A program made the translations under genes and the position numbers. The notes beneath the pieces are model-generated. The model did no database searches. It was given only the letters and a program-made list of their open reading frames with translations, and was not told where the DNA came from. 64,000 nucleotides of DNA from Utricularia gibba (lineage: Eukaryota; Plantae; Magnoliophyta), in NCBI GenBank assembly GCA_002189035.1, contig NEEC01000014.1:2852001-2916000 (forward strand). Direction: 5' to 3'. Positions 36,865-50,826 of the stretch are shown one piece after another. How positions within the stretch are numbered: the stretch's first letter is position 1; every line of letters begins with the position of its first letter.

Positions 36865-39800
36865 GGCTTCTTGAGCTTCTTTTTAAGATGCTGGTGCTGT
36901 AATGGAGAATCAAATCAGCTGGGAATTAGCTCTTTCTTCCACCACATTCCCAGAAAGATGATAGAGAGAGAATGGGAGGAGATGAGGAAAAAAGAAACAA
37001 GGAATAATAAAGGAGAATGAGAATATAGCAACTCATCTAAAGCATCTAAAGCAAAGGGGTGCTTTACGTTTTTATATATGTTTAGTGATTTGTTTTCACT
37101 CGTGTTTTGTTGTATTGCTTTTTAGGGTTTCGAGTGGGGGTCCCGACTCCATGCTTTCTTCGCCTGTAAGCTTCTCTTGTCATCATGTTCTTCTTCTTCT
37201 TCGCCTCAAAACACTGTGATGGTATTGGTAACCACAACCATCTACTTTAAGTCGTCGACTTTACATCTTCAGGTAAAACTTTCTAGGAGTGGTGCTTTGA
37301 TTTAAGGAGACTTAACTCTGGAGGCATGTAAAACACTTATCTTCGTACCCACCACGGAAACTATGCATCGTTGAAATTATGGTCCCAGCGTTAAAACAAA
37401 CTCTATGAATGCTATTTCATCTATGCGAATTTACCCATGGAGTTTATCTGAATGAGCCACTAGATAAAAAAATGTTGATCTCTGTAATCTTCCCTCAAAA
37501 ATTCGTTGATGGGGAGCATCACAATTTCTTTCCCATTGTGCATGCTGCTTGGTTTGACAATGGGGTGCATTTGAATATACACCATTGCCAGAGTAGATAC
37601 TATTTACAAAATGGAACACTGGCGCTTGCTTGTCTGGGCAGAATAACATACGAGTTGTTTAAATAAAATGAAGAACTTTTAGGGTAGCTTCATGTTCAAG
37701 CTGCCTCAGCATCAGGGAACAGTGAACTGCTTTGGAAAATGGGAAAAGATGGTCAAGATGGAATGGCGTACTTATTGTTAAAATAAATAAATAATGCATC
37801 TGATTTTTTTATTTTTGGATCGAAATTTAAAGTTATGTTTCCTCCTATTTTTGGAAAATCAGAATTAAGGGATAGAATGAGAATGAGAGGTAGAATGACA
37901 TAAGATGGTGTTTTCTAATTTAGAAAAAAGGAAAATATATTAAATAATTTACTTGTTATTTATTCCAATGATATCCTATTAGATGAAAAGTATGTGTATT
38001 CTCCAAAACTACTTTCAATTTTAAAAATGAGAAATGAAAATGTCCACGTGCAGACCATACCATGAATCCAATTAATTCATCATTACTTGATTCTGTTATT
38101 TCTGGTATTTTTAATATACTTTTATTATTTCCACATCCTTAATGGAATGCAAAATATTTTTAAGAGTATATTATTCTATTAATCCACAATTAAAAATAAA
38201 AAATGAACTATTTTGATTACCGGTGGGTTGGGGATCAACAATTACAAGCTTGGATCGTTAAGGAGGCCCAACCTTGGCAAAATACCTGTGTTATTGGTTT
38301 TTTTTTTTTTTTTTTTTTTTGCAAAAACTTTAGTTAGAAAATTAATTACAAAATATCTTATCTTTTCAATTTTATTATTTTTTTATTGTACACGGAATTC
38401 TAGCCTTATTTTAGTTAAAAGAGAAAATAATTGTTTACTAATATCACTAATCTTCTATTTTATGTATTTGTTATATAATAATCACATAAATATTAATTGT
38501 TTATCATTTTAACAAGGCACAAAGAGAGTAGTTGTTAATTCATAAAAAAGTAGTTCGGCTGATACAGAGATTATTATGTTGTAATTATATTATTATTAAT
38601 AATAACTGATGGATACAAAATGATTAAAGATCAAAGCATACGATTATTTACCATTAATCACATGCCATTTTGAAAAAAAAAATATTTGTTTGCATATATC
38701 ATGTCTTCTTTTTTAATTTATTTTTTATACAATATATTTTTCTTCCTATAAAACATAAAAATTAATCAAGAATACTCTATTACTTTGATATTTTATTAAC
38801 TAAGTATTATAAATATGTTAGTACATAGAGAATTTGAGAACATTTTTTAAGTTATTTCTAAAACACATTTTTTAATGATTTTTATAAATATTCTAATTAT
38901 TATATTTTGAATCATTTGATTATTGGATATCAGTGTTTATCAAATGACTTGTCATATTTTATGTATTGAATTTATTTTCAAACATCTATAACGATGATTA
39001 TTGTTTTCTAACAAATAACCCACATTTGTTTTGCATTTTGTATACAGAGAATGTATTTTTAGGAACCTAAACTTAGTTATGCAATACTAAAGATCTAAAT
39101 GTTACTATAAAAATAAAATAAAGAGACAATTGATATCAAAATAAAGAAATAATTGACACTCATAGTAATGTCATAAGGGATCTCCCTCATGTAGAAGAAC
39201 TTGACTTCATTAAAAAAGCTCAGCACATCATTGGTATTAAATAACCCTTTTAGGAAGGTGTGTATCTCGTCACTCATATGCAGTGGCGTATCATTCTTGT
39301 CGGTATGAATATAAGATATCGAGAAATGACATTATATTCCTAAACTGATCTCTATTAATATCAACATACACTCACTCTTGGAAATTTAAAATGAAAAAAA
39401 GGGTGATGAGAGAGGTCACATGCTACCATATGATAAAATGAACACTACTCATGTAACTTAAAGAGAGAAATAGGTATTTAACTTATCAGAAAATTACCTA
39501 ATCAACCATATAACATGTTGTCAATAGGAATATGTGCCTTCGATAATCCAGCAAGGATTTATCACTTTTAAAAAAAAACATCTATTTAAATATATCATTT
39601 CTTCTATTTAATATATTTAATAAATGATAGTTATTCTTAAACATCCATAAAAACTATTGTAATTGTTTGGTAACCATGTTAAAAAAAATTAATTTTTTTC
39701 AGACACCCATAATAGCTGTTATGGGTGTGTGGAAATAAAATTTAAGAAAAGCAAATTATTTCTAGGTATTCATATTTGATGTTTTGACCTTATTTCCAAT

Positions 39801-41683
39801 CACTATTGGATGATCGAAAATTATATTTGATAAAAAGTACTAATTTTTTCCAGTGACGCATACAAATTGTTGCATATATTTGATAATCACATTTAAAAAA
39901 AGATTATCTTTGATATCTTGATTTCTAGGGTCAACATCAATTCATTCATATTGTAAATTTAAGATTTTTTTTAAAATTTTTATTTTTTAAAAACATTTTA
40001 AATTTTCTTAATTTTTTTTCGATTTTCTTTATTTTAAATGTTATTTGGGTGACTGGAAGTAATTTTATTAAAAAAAAAAGAAGATTATTCCCAAATATCC
40101 TTAAATGTCGTTATGCATGTTTAGAATAATGATTTTAAGCATAAATACTTTTTCAATCATCCATAGCCGCGACAAAGAATGCCTAGAGTCTTTCAAGGAC
40201 ATATACACACACGGGACTTCTTGTGCAAATAATGCGTGCTTGGGAATAACTTACTCTTTTTTTTTTTTTTTTGAGTCAAATTACTTTCAGCCGTACAAAA
40301 CAAATATTAAGAATATCTGAAAAATAATAAAAATTGAAAATTTTAAAAAATGAATTCAAAAAAATCAAAAATTTTGTAAATGACTCATTGAAAATTGAAA
40401 ATTTTCAAACAAAAACAAAAAAATTACAATTGCATGCACCTTTTGAGATGCATGGAAAATGAACACAAATTTTTGATATGTTTTTTTAAAAATTATTTCC
40501 TTTTTTAATGCATGATTTTTAACAATCAAAATGAACAAAAACTTTTGATATCATTTACTATTGTGGATGATTGGAAATATCAACAATGTTTTAAAATGTA
40601 ATTTCAACCAACCACCACAAGCATTATAATCATTTTTTAAAGTATAATACACAGTTATAAATTTCTAGGCACTCTAAATTGATGTTTAACCTATGTGAAA
40701 ATAAATAAAAAAATCGAGGGAAAAAATTAAAAAATACAAGCAGAAATACACAGTTATTGGATAATCATAATAATTGAATATAAAATATTAAAACTATCAT
40801 CAGCGGATTAAAACAATATTTATTATATCCTTTTTATCAATAAATATAAATAAATAAGAAGTATATTATATATAATATATAATCAATGTGTATTTAGATG
40901 ATAATAAATATTAAAATTCAAATGATGTAAAATGTTAATGTATAAAACATTAACGTATAAATACATTCAATGAATTTTACATTGAATGTATAAAATTCAA
41001 ATTAAAATTTTACCCTTCAATAAAAGGTTAATATCCTTTTTATTAAAATTCAAATGATGTAAAATGTTAATAAAAAGATGAAATTTTAAAGAAAAAATAG
41101 GTTAAATTGTCAATAAAAGCATGTATGTATTTTGTCAATGTATAATGAAATCAGGTAAATTTGCCAATTGCTCCAATCCTACATGCTGTGGGGCCCAATC
41201 TGATCCACAAAACGGTTAGGATTAAAGGTGTCCACAAGTTATAAAGCATTCATTACTTGAGAGTTGAGACTTGAGGGAAACCCTCAACAAACTAAGTAAA
41301 CCGAACTAAGTAAACCGATATGCGACATTTCCTATGTCTTTCTCTCTCTTGTTGAAAGAAAGAAATGAAAGAGCTGATTTGCCACAAAGTTGATAATAGG
41401 TTGATCCTAGTTCTCCACATTAGTTCCTATAGAAATACAAAAGGGAAGCTCCTTATGTTATCCGCTTTGACATCTTAGTTACTGAGTGGCTAGGAAAAGA
41501 GAGGAATGGAATGCTCGAGTAGACAATCCAAGGGAGTTACGAAAGGCAGAAAGAAATGAAGGTTCAGGGGCATTGCGCCCATACGGAACCATTCTCCTGT
41601 TCTTACTGAGTTGGGAAAGAAAGGACATCAAAGACACAATGCAGGAACCTGCCCAGTTCTCACGGGTGTCCCAATGAAAGGAG

Positions 41684-44600
41684 TGTTGGATATTGAGAAA
41701 GAAATTAAAGATCAAATAAATCAATGCAACAGGAGTACCTATAAAGGAACAAAATCACCACCTTGGAATTTTGTGATTAAAAAACCTTGTGAGAAGAGTG
41801 ATAACACACATTTTTCCTGAAATTTATAACACAAAATAGCTATTTTTATTATGATTTGAGTTAGATAATATAGTTTTTAATGTTTTAGTGGTGTTTATGT
41901 TATTCTTGTGTGATTATGCTAAAAAGTGGACTAAATCCTTTGATTTAGTCCACAACTTTTGTTACTAATGTTTCAGTAAGTTTAGCAAGGAGATCATCAG
42001 AAAATCAGACGTGCAAACGTGTGGAACAAGTGAAAAAGGGCGCAAAATCCGGAGAAGGACAAAGAGCACTGTTCTGCTGCCACCGCAGTCTGCAAGTTTA
42101 GAACATGAACAGTACTAGTAGTCAGAAACAATGCAATGGAGTGAAGCAAAAGAAAAAGAAATTAATTTGAAAAAAGAAAGAGAGCGCGAAGAAACGAACA
42201 GCGAGGGGGACGCAAGGGGGTCTTCTTCCCCAACGGGAGAAACACCAACCAGAGGGGGAAGGGAGGCCTTCATCATCAAGAACAGCACCAGAGCCCAGTC
42301 CAGCACTACTGTTCAGGGCTATGAACAATAGATAGCGGGCGGAAAAACATTATCTATTTGCTTTCCGTTTTTCTGAACATTTCAAGTTTCTGCATTTGAC
42401 TTGTTACAATGTTTCTGCCATTTTGGCCAGCTTATGTGAATGAAATCGTGTTTTATTTCCAAAGCATGAGTGGCTAGAGTCTTAGGGATACCTTAAGGTG
42501 AAGGGTGTGGTGTTTGCTTAGGGTTAATGATGAAATTTATGTGTATTCCTTAACTCTTATTTCTAACAAACCATGGGTAGACCTAAGGATGGAAACAAGT
42601 AGTTTCACAACTTAGAAGCTTGGTTTAGAGGTAGACCAACAAACCAAGATGGGAGCAGTCGGTGTTAGTCCAGGGTAGAACCAGTAGAACCGGGTAGACC
42701 TAGTTCTATATACCTTGTATGCGGGCAGACCTAATTGCAATGTTGGTTATGATATTGGGGACTAGCTTAAGCCAAAAATATGATGAATGACCTGGGTAGA
42801 CCTAGGTTATTCGAAGTTGTGAGTGTAGGAAGATAATAAATTGAGTTAGGAAGCTTAGCATAACACCACTCACAGACCCTTAAGGCATTCTCGTATTAGT
42901 TTGAGTCAAAACCAGTACCTGTTACCTTAGCGTAGAAACTTGATATTGCTTACCTACCTTGTTTACTGAACTTGTTTACCACTGTTAGTCCGAGCTTAGA
43001 CTAAAATACTTAGCAATCACAAGCTCTTCGTGATCGACCCCGATATCCACTATACAAGTTTTCCAAATTTGTATTTTGTGTAGATTAGGGATTATAAATT
43101 TATTTGATACGGATTTTCTATTTTTATTTACAACGATAATAGGAAATTCCCGTTTATCAAAGAGTTTAAAAAACCATGAGCTTTGCACAAGAAATCGGAT
43201 CATATCACTTAAAAACCACAGAGCAATGGCTATTTGTATAAACAACTATCTTCAAATATTTCACGCAATACATATTAATATTTTACCAAGAAATCAATAC
43301 ACAAGCAGCAGTAAAAAATACTTCAATCTCAATAAAACTTCTTGTAATAGCAAGAGCCATAAGTGAGGGTTCTACACAATATTTTTCAAACAAGTCTTCA
43401 CAAATCCTCTATGATTCAAGCAATTCTAAGCCCTTTCTCTCAAAACCCAAACACTATACAAATCTCTATTTCTCCTTAGATTTCTAATATGCTAAACCTG
43501 ACGTAAACCCACAAGCCTTCACAAGCAATCTTATGAAATATTAAGTGTGTCATCAGAATTTATCTCTTCAAAATGTCTTCTTGAACACTAACACCTCCCA
43601 TTTTTACTAGTGCTGACTATGAAGTATGGGCCAAGAGGATGATCAATTTTTTGCTTGACATAGGAATGTGAGAAGTTTTCCATGAAAAAAAACTCAAAAT
43701 CCAACTGAGGAACAACAAACCGCTTGGAAAGCAAAATTGCATAGAGCTACAAGCATTCTGAATTCATTACTCAGTAGAGATGCATACAAATTAATTATAA
43801 ACTCAAGATCTCCTCTACCATCATGGAAAATCTTAATGACTCATTATGGTATGGATGATAAAATACAAGAATGAGAAAAGAACCATTTTTGAAAAATATA
43901 TGACAACATCTCTATATCTCCAAGTCAATCTATTGTACAATTTGCTGAATCTCTAACCAAGTTAATATATGATCTAAAACAGTTAGGAGAGCACATTGCT
44001 GAAAATAGAATATGCTCCAAAATTATAGAATTATTACATGAGGAGTATTCAAGTGACGTTGATTCCTTTATTCCAGATGGAAGAATACATTTAATGAGCT
44101 CCAAACACTTGCTTGCTGGACTTGTAGGCCTGGAAAGCAAGAGGAAAACAAGATATTCTCTAACTCCAAAGAAAGCACGTGATATTTCCATCAAGGTTCA
44201 GCAAGAAAATGGAAGAGTTTATGATGAAAATGCAGTGCAATTTTTGACTTACAACAAATCAGAAGAAAGAGGATTGTTTGCTCCTTACCCTTTCTGCAAG
44301 TAGAAGAATCATCAAGCCATAAATTGTTTTTAGCATCCAAAGGCTAAGTGTAGTTTAGTGTAAAGTGATAGGGCGTGTGGAAAGGAAGTCTATTGAAGCG
44401 ATACCTGCAAATGAGTGGAAAACTTGTTGAAGAAATCATTTCTTAATTGAAAGATGTAAACTTATATGATGATTCTAATATGAAGCTTAAGCTCTACTCA
44501 TTGTATCATAAAACATTAATAACCATATTCATAAGCTTACAAAAGCAAGGAATTTGGATGATTGGCAATAGATGCAATCATCACTTAATTAATGATCGAA

Positions 44601-45720
44601 TCATATTTACCACATACTCAACTTTACTGATCAAGGCCATAGAAATAGCAGATTAAAACTTCCAAGTCAAGGGTAGTGGAGGTGTCTGTATAGAAACTCC
44701 AAACTGACTTCTTAAAATCAAAGACGCCTTTTTTGTGCCTAATGCCTCTCATAATCTCATAAGCGCAAAAAAGTTTGTTGAAAAAGGATTGATGATTCAC
44801 TTAGGATACAATGAAACCCGCAAGGGATATAGAATTCCCAATCTTAATACCAACAAGATAGAAATCATTCGAGATGTGACTTGGATGAGAGAAAAACACA
44901 GATGGACAGATTGTAACTTACAATATAAAAATCAGAGAGCAAGGAAACTAACACTCAAGAATATATTTGAAAATTATCAGAGGTTTTGTATACTTGGCTG
45001 CTACGAGACCAAATATCACATTTATTGTTTCTTACTTATTTAATTTTATGCAGCACCTTCAAATTGTAAAAATTATAAAAAGATATATAAATTTGGTAAT
45101 GTATTATAAAAAGAGAACTAATGCAAATCTCCAAGGGTTGGTTGACTCATGTGATGAAGGAAATTGCAAATCAACTATGATAAACAACCTTTGTTTGGAA
45201 TAACAAAAAAACAAGAAGTTGTGGCTTAATCTTATGCTGAAGCTAAGCATTTAGCTAGAGCCACTACAACAAATTATTCTCAATGATTAATACAATTATG
45301 TGAATCTGAAAATCCCAATCAAGAAACTAGTGATGTTGAAATCTGACAACAAATCAGTTATTAGTATTGCATAAAACCCAATGATATTCAGTAAAATATC
45401 ATGTTCTTCAAGAATATGTAAAAGAAGACTCTATAAATATGAAATATGTATCTTCTGAAGATATGTATTATTACCAAGTGCCTCTTTCTTTGAACAAATG
45501 AGAGAGCTTCTTGGATTGAGAGTCAATCCTACAAAAAGTGTTTTTGGTCATCAATTACTCCCTCAAGGGGGAATGTTAAATGTTAAGGAAGAAATTAAAG
45601 ATCAAACAAATCAATGCAATAAAAATGATAACAAAGGAATAGAATCAATACTATGGAAGTTTGTAATGAAAAAGCCTTGTGAGAAGAGTTGAAAGTTATT
45701 CAACGACTATTTGCACAAAT
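41684..45720 (+). mobile_element. Internally deleted, decayed Ty1/copia element whose 5' LTR is split by a solo LTR
   Basis: LTR starts TGTTGGATATTGAGAAAGAAATTAAAGATCAAA (41684) and TGTTAAATGTTAAGGAAGAAATTAAAGATCAAA (45574, after PPT CAAGGGGGAA); fragments of gag, protease, integrase end (GYNETRKGYRI), RT end (YLAATRPNI) and RNase H. Confidence 0.8.
41799..43159 (+). mobile_element. Solo LTR (Athila-like), 1361 bp
   Basis: TGATAACACACATTTT...CGTTTATCA with perfect TSD AAGAG at 41794-41798 and 43160-43164; the Copia LTR resumes after it (compare 45680-45720). Confidence 0.9.
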
Positions 45721-46491
45721 GGTTAACTACATATATTTCAAGTAATCAATACAAAACTAATGGTAAAAATCCTTTTTCCTTTAAAAAATTAATTATTCAT
45801 GACATTGATAATCTACTAATAAATGTTGTATATATGGATAAGACATAACCACTGAAAATACCTACATTCATTATTGAATAATGAGCATAAACGTAGTGTA
45901 AGTTATTTTATACTTTAATCGATGTATACTAATGATATTCATTTTTTCACCAACATCCCATGTTTCTGCCTACAATTGTATTAAAACATTTATAACTTTG
46001 TAGTAAACATGTACATTAAATAATTGACTATATTCTTTTAAGTTATAAAATTGAGAACTTATATTTAGTTAAGATATAAATCAATATTCTGATACTAAAA
46101 TGTGTATTGATTGAAGTTTCACCATCATGAAATTTAAAACATACGTTGGATTTAGGATAATGTTAGAATGTTCAAAAATTTAGAATGCTTTTTAAATAAT
46201 ACATCATTTAGAAATTTTTTTATAATAATGAAACATGGAATACAAGAATTCATGTTTCAATTTATATCAATTTTATGTTTGTTTATTATTTTATGCATAT
46301 ATCACCGTCAATCTCTAATAATCAAAAAATAGAAAAACATAACAAATAACTATTTATCTATATTTTAAATAAAATACTTTATATACTTTATGAGATTTAT
46401 TGACTACACATCTTAACATTAAGAATTGTATATCATTTCATATCTTTCATTAATTAATAACATTAATTCAAATGGATGGTCAGGTGAGGTG

Positions 46492-47075
46492 TGATGGTGA
46501 TTCTGCAAGTATACAAAAATCGTCGAAGTAATAAAATAAGATTGTATCAACAGGAAATTGTTATTAGAGTTTTCTTTTCAAACAAAGATTCAAAAAGACT
46601 GAAAACAAAAGAAAAATTTGGTTTTGAAGACAATAAGAAAAGTGACATTGGACCTAAGATCCACCTTACTTGAAACTCGCCCTTATATGTGTGCAAACTT
46701 TGAGAACTGACCTGCTTGCACAAGCTTTGAGAGTGTTATGTTAAAATAGTGCTACTCGTGACCGTTATAGCACCGTCCCTTGTTTTGTGGGATTATGTAA
46801 TTAACCATGCCACCAGAGCCCTTTTAGCTCTTATGATAACCTATGTTTTCCCTACACCCAAATCTAACCCCCACACCTCACACCTCGCAGACAGATTAGA
46901 CAGAATGTATCTTACCAACGATGTCCAATTGAGCCCTTCTCCTTAGGTGCTTGAGGCCAACCTTTGATTCTTCCACACTCCTTTAGGGCTATATGATACT
47001 AAATATCACGTTGGTAAAGAAAACGTTGCGAAAAACAAAATTAGACCTCAATTTAAATGTTGAAAACCATAGTAA
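46492..47075 (-). mobile_element. Gypsy LTR fragment, inverted copy of 20190-20759
   Basis: Colinear reverse-complement match including GGAGTGTGG.AGAATCAAAG and the terminal ACCATCA. Confidence 0.7.
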
Positions 47076-47079
47076 AACA

Positions 47080-47447
47080 GTCACACGTATAGGACTTGCG
47101 CAACCAAGGCTTCATCGCAGATCCTCAGCCGCAAGCGCCTATACGCGCAGATTCGACTCTAACATGAAAATCGACACGAAAATAGCAAAAATACAAAGGA
47201 AAAGTGGTCAAAGGACGTCTCTGATAGTTGAGATAGTAGGGTATTTATAAGAGATTAGATTCAAGTTTTCGTATTGAGCTTATTCGATAGGCTTGGATAA
47301 GATCTTTTATCCAAATCTTCGAAAATTATCTTCATATCTCTATCTTATCCACAGATCTTGGACCAAATCTTTATCGTTTGACCGAGTCTTGGGTTGAGAT
47401 TCGTGACCCATCAAGTCCATAATTTGGTGGGTTTTTATTTCTCCTCA
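47080..47447 (-). mobile_element. Probable Tat-like LTR fragment
   Basis: Minus strand starts TGAGGAGAAATAAAAACCCACC, has TATAAATACCC, layout like the 1225-1743 LTR; no TSD. Confidence 0.35.
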
Positions 47448-48248
47448 AATTGATCCAAAAGTAACTTAAAAATCCACAAAATATACTCTCTCCAAAAATA
47501 TCAAATTAATGTGAAAGATACAAAATCAATTGAAAATAATGAGAAAGTGCAGATAAGTAAAAACAACACTCAAGAGTAATGAAAGAACATGTTTTGGAAT
47601 GATACAAAATCACTTATTAAGGTGTACCATAAAAATGGTTGTAATCTAATTTTATATATATATGTATTAAAATATTATTTATTAATCCTTTTAGTAATTA
47701 CAAATGATATCATATTTGATATTTCTAATCATTGTCACATAATATAAACAAAAATATAATAAAAAACATATTATTTACATTTATGTAATTCCTAAAAAAT
47801 ATATGCTAATATTTTAGAAATAATATATATTTTTGAAAATATTTATCTAACTTAATTATATGCACTAATTTTTTAAAAACTCAATAAATCTTCTAAGGCT
47901 TATGACCCTTCATTTGGAGATTTATTACATTTACTCCATATTAAATTTTGATTATTGCTTTATTTAAAGATTTAAATAAAATATTGAAGATATCTTGTAA
48001 AATTTTTATTCTATATTTTTAATTATTATTTCATAATTAAAAATTAAAGAAAAAGTTTGTTTTGAATTAGTGGATTTTTCAATTTTGTTTCTAGAATAAG
48101 GAATACTTTGCAAAATTAAACTAAAAATGTAATATTTGACTAATATATTTCTAAAATAACGCAAATTTTGCCAAAAAAGCACACTCGGCTATCGCCGCAG
48201 AGTGTTGATGAAAATGAAATAGTGGATAAATTCAGGGAGCCAAAGTGC

Positions 48249-50691
48249 TTAATCCACCTCCTCGATCTTGGGACCAGCACCACCGGCGCCGCTGGGAGCA
48301 GGACCATCGTCTTCCATGGGAACATCACCACCGGCGTCTTGGTACATCTTGGCAATGATGGGGTTGCAGATGCTCTCCAGCTCCTTCATCTTGTCCTCAA
48401 ACTCATCAGCCTCAGCGAGCTGGTTCCCATCCAGCCATTGGATGGTGGCGTCGATGGAATCTTCGATCTTCTTCTTGTCAGCAGCAGGGAGTTTGGAGGC
48501 GATCTTTTCATCCTTGACAGTGTTCCTCATATTGTAGGCGTAGTTCTCCAAGGCATTCTTGGCTTCCACCTTCTTCTTATGCTCCTCGTCCTCAGACTTG
48601 TACTTCTCGGCTTCCTGGACCATCTTCTCAATTTCTTCCTTTGAGAGCCTGCCCTTGTCGTTGGTGATGGTGATCTTGTTCTTCTGTCCGGTTGTCTTGT
48701 CCTCGGCGGACACATTGAGGATACCATTGGCATCGATATCAAAGCACACAGTGATTTGAGGAACTCCTCTGGGAGCAGGTGGGATGCCCGAGAGCTCAAA
48801 TTTACCAAGCAAGTTGTTGTCCCTGGTCCTGGTTCTCTCTCCTTCGTAGACCTGGATAAGGACTCCAGGCTGATTGTCGGAGTAGGTTGAGAACACCTGC
48901 TCCTTCTTGGTTGGGATGGTGGTGTTTCTCGGGATCAGGACAGTCATAACACCACCGGCGGTTTCAAGACCAAGCGAAAGGGGAGTGACATCCAGAAGCA
49001 GCAGATCCTGCACCTTTTCATTACCCTCGCCACTCAATATCGCAGCCTGCACGGCAGCTCCATATGCAACTGCTTCATCAGGGTTGATACTCTTGCAAAG
49101 TTCCTTGCCATTGAAAAAGTCCTGCAGCAATTGTTGAACCTTGGGGATCCTAGTGGATCCACCAACTAGAACAACATCGTGCACCGTGCTTTTGTCCATT
49201 TTGGCATCCCTTAAACACTTTTCAACTGGTTCCATGCACTTTCTAAACAAGTCCATGTTGAGCTCCTCAAATCTAGCACGAGTAATGGTCGTGTAGAAGT
49301 CAATACCCTCATACAGGGAATCAATCTCAATGGTTGTCTGAGCTGTGGAAGAGAGCGTTCTTTTTGCCCTCTCACAAGATGTCCTCAACCTCCTAAGGGC
49401 CCTAGGATTACCGCTGATGTCTTTCTTGCTCTTTCTCTTGAACTCCTGAACAAAGTGATTAACCATCCTGTTGTCAAAGTCCTCACCACCAAGGTGAGTG
49501 TCTCCGGCAGTAGCCTTCACTTCAAAAATACCCTCCTCAATGGTCAAGAGGGAAACATCAAAGGTGCCACCACCGAGATCGAAAATCAAAACGTTCTTCT
49601 CACCAACACTGGTTGCCTTCTTGTCCAATCCATAAGCAATTGCAGCAGCGGTAGGCTCATTAATAATACGCATAACATTAAGACCAGAAATGACACCTGC
49701 ATCCTTGGTGGCTTGACGCTGCGAGTCATTGAAATACGCAGGAACGGTAACCACTGCGTTCTTCACAGTTGAACCAAGGTATGCCTCTGCAATCTCCTTC
49801 ATTTTCATCAAAACCATGGACGAAATTTCCTCAGCAGAAAATTGCTTATCCTCGCCCTTGTAGTTCACAACAATCATCGGCTTGTCACCAGGCCCAGAAA
49901 CAACCCTGAAAGGCCACAGTTTGATGTCACTTTGGACGGAGCCATCAGTAAATCTTCTTCCAATCAACCGCTTTGCATCTATAGAGAAAAAAAAAAACAT
50001 TGAAAACATCCAATATTTAACTGATACATATAGAAGGGCTTACATCATACAGCGTAAATCACGATGTTCTAATTTATCAGAAAATGTCAAGATGTAGCAT
50101 GAAAAAAAAAGTGAAGAGTTTAAATCATGCGTACAGAGACGAACATAAGGCCATCGTCTATTATTAGCAATCAAAAACCCACAAATATAAGCACGGAAAA
50201 ACCCTGAACAACACCCAGCATCCACACCTAGATACATCTAACCGAATTGGAAACTTACATGAACGGTGATAAATATCTACATAAAAACGTTGGCATAAAG
50301 AGCCAAAGATTAGCATCAATGAAGCGCATCTGGATGTTATTTCTCAGAAGATACAGATCCAGCTTTCAGATAAGCATGACAAACAGGTTCTTCTTTAATG
50401 GAAAAGGTAGAAAGATTGAGAAGCGAAACACCACGAGACATTGACGCTCATCAGGATCTAAAAGAGGAGATGCTTACCGAAGACGGTGTTGGTTGGGTTC
50501 ATGGCAACCTGATTCTTCGCAGCATCCCCGATCAGCCTCTCGGAATCAGTGAAAGCGACGTACGACGGCGTCGTCCTGTTTCCCTGGTCGTTAGCGATGA
50601 TTTCGACGCGATCGTGCTGCCATACGCCGACGCAAGAGTAAGTGGTTCCAAGATCGATGCCGATCGCCGGCCCTTCTCCCTTACCCGCCAT
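48249..50691 (-). CDS. HSP70: Cytosolic HSP70/HSC70, 647 aa, 2 exons
   Basis: Exon 1 50691-50478 (214 nt, [19 protein letters not shown]), 499-nt GT-AG intron, exon 2 49978-48249; signatures [14 protein letters not shown] and [14 protein letters not shown]; C-terminal [10 protein letters not shown]. Confidence 0.98.
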
Positions 50692-50780
50692 AGAATTGTC
50701 GACAAAGACGGCAAACACAAAGAGAGCCGTAAAACGAGATCGAGACTTGGAGGAGTTTCAAACATTTGGAGGAGCGGCTG

Positions 50781-50826
50781 TAAATATAATGCAAACCGTG
50801 TATTCTAGAATGTTCTCAAACCCTAG
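50781..50826 (-). promoter_or_regulatory. HSP70 promoter: perfect three-unit heat shock element, TATA-like box, telo-box
   Basis: aTTCtaGAAtgTTCt at 50802-50816; TAAATATAAT at 50781-50790; AAACCCTAG at 50818-50826; site-II TGGGCC motifs near 50957-50972. Confidence 0.8.

Noticed and set aside
37390-37450. Possible C/D box snoRNA upstream of the Dof gene
   Set aside because: Box C is not RUGAUGA and there is no terminal stem
48120-48200. Possible transposon end about 75 bp after the HSP70 stop codon
   Set aside because: Resembles a MULE TIR edge, but no partner TIR or TSD was found
48168-49772. Long plus-strand ORFs (48168-48644, 48268-48537, 49455-49772 and others)
   Set aside because: Antisense shadow frames of HSP70 caused by its codon bias
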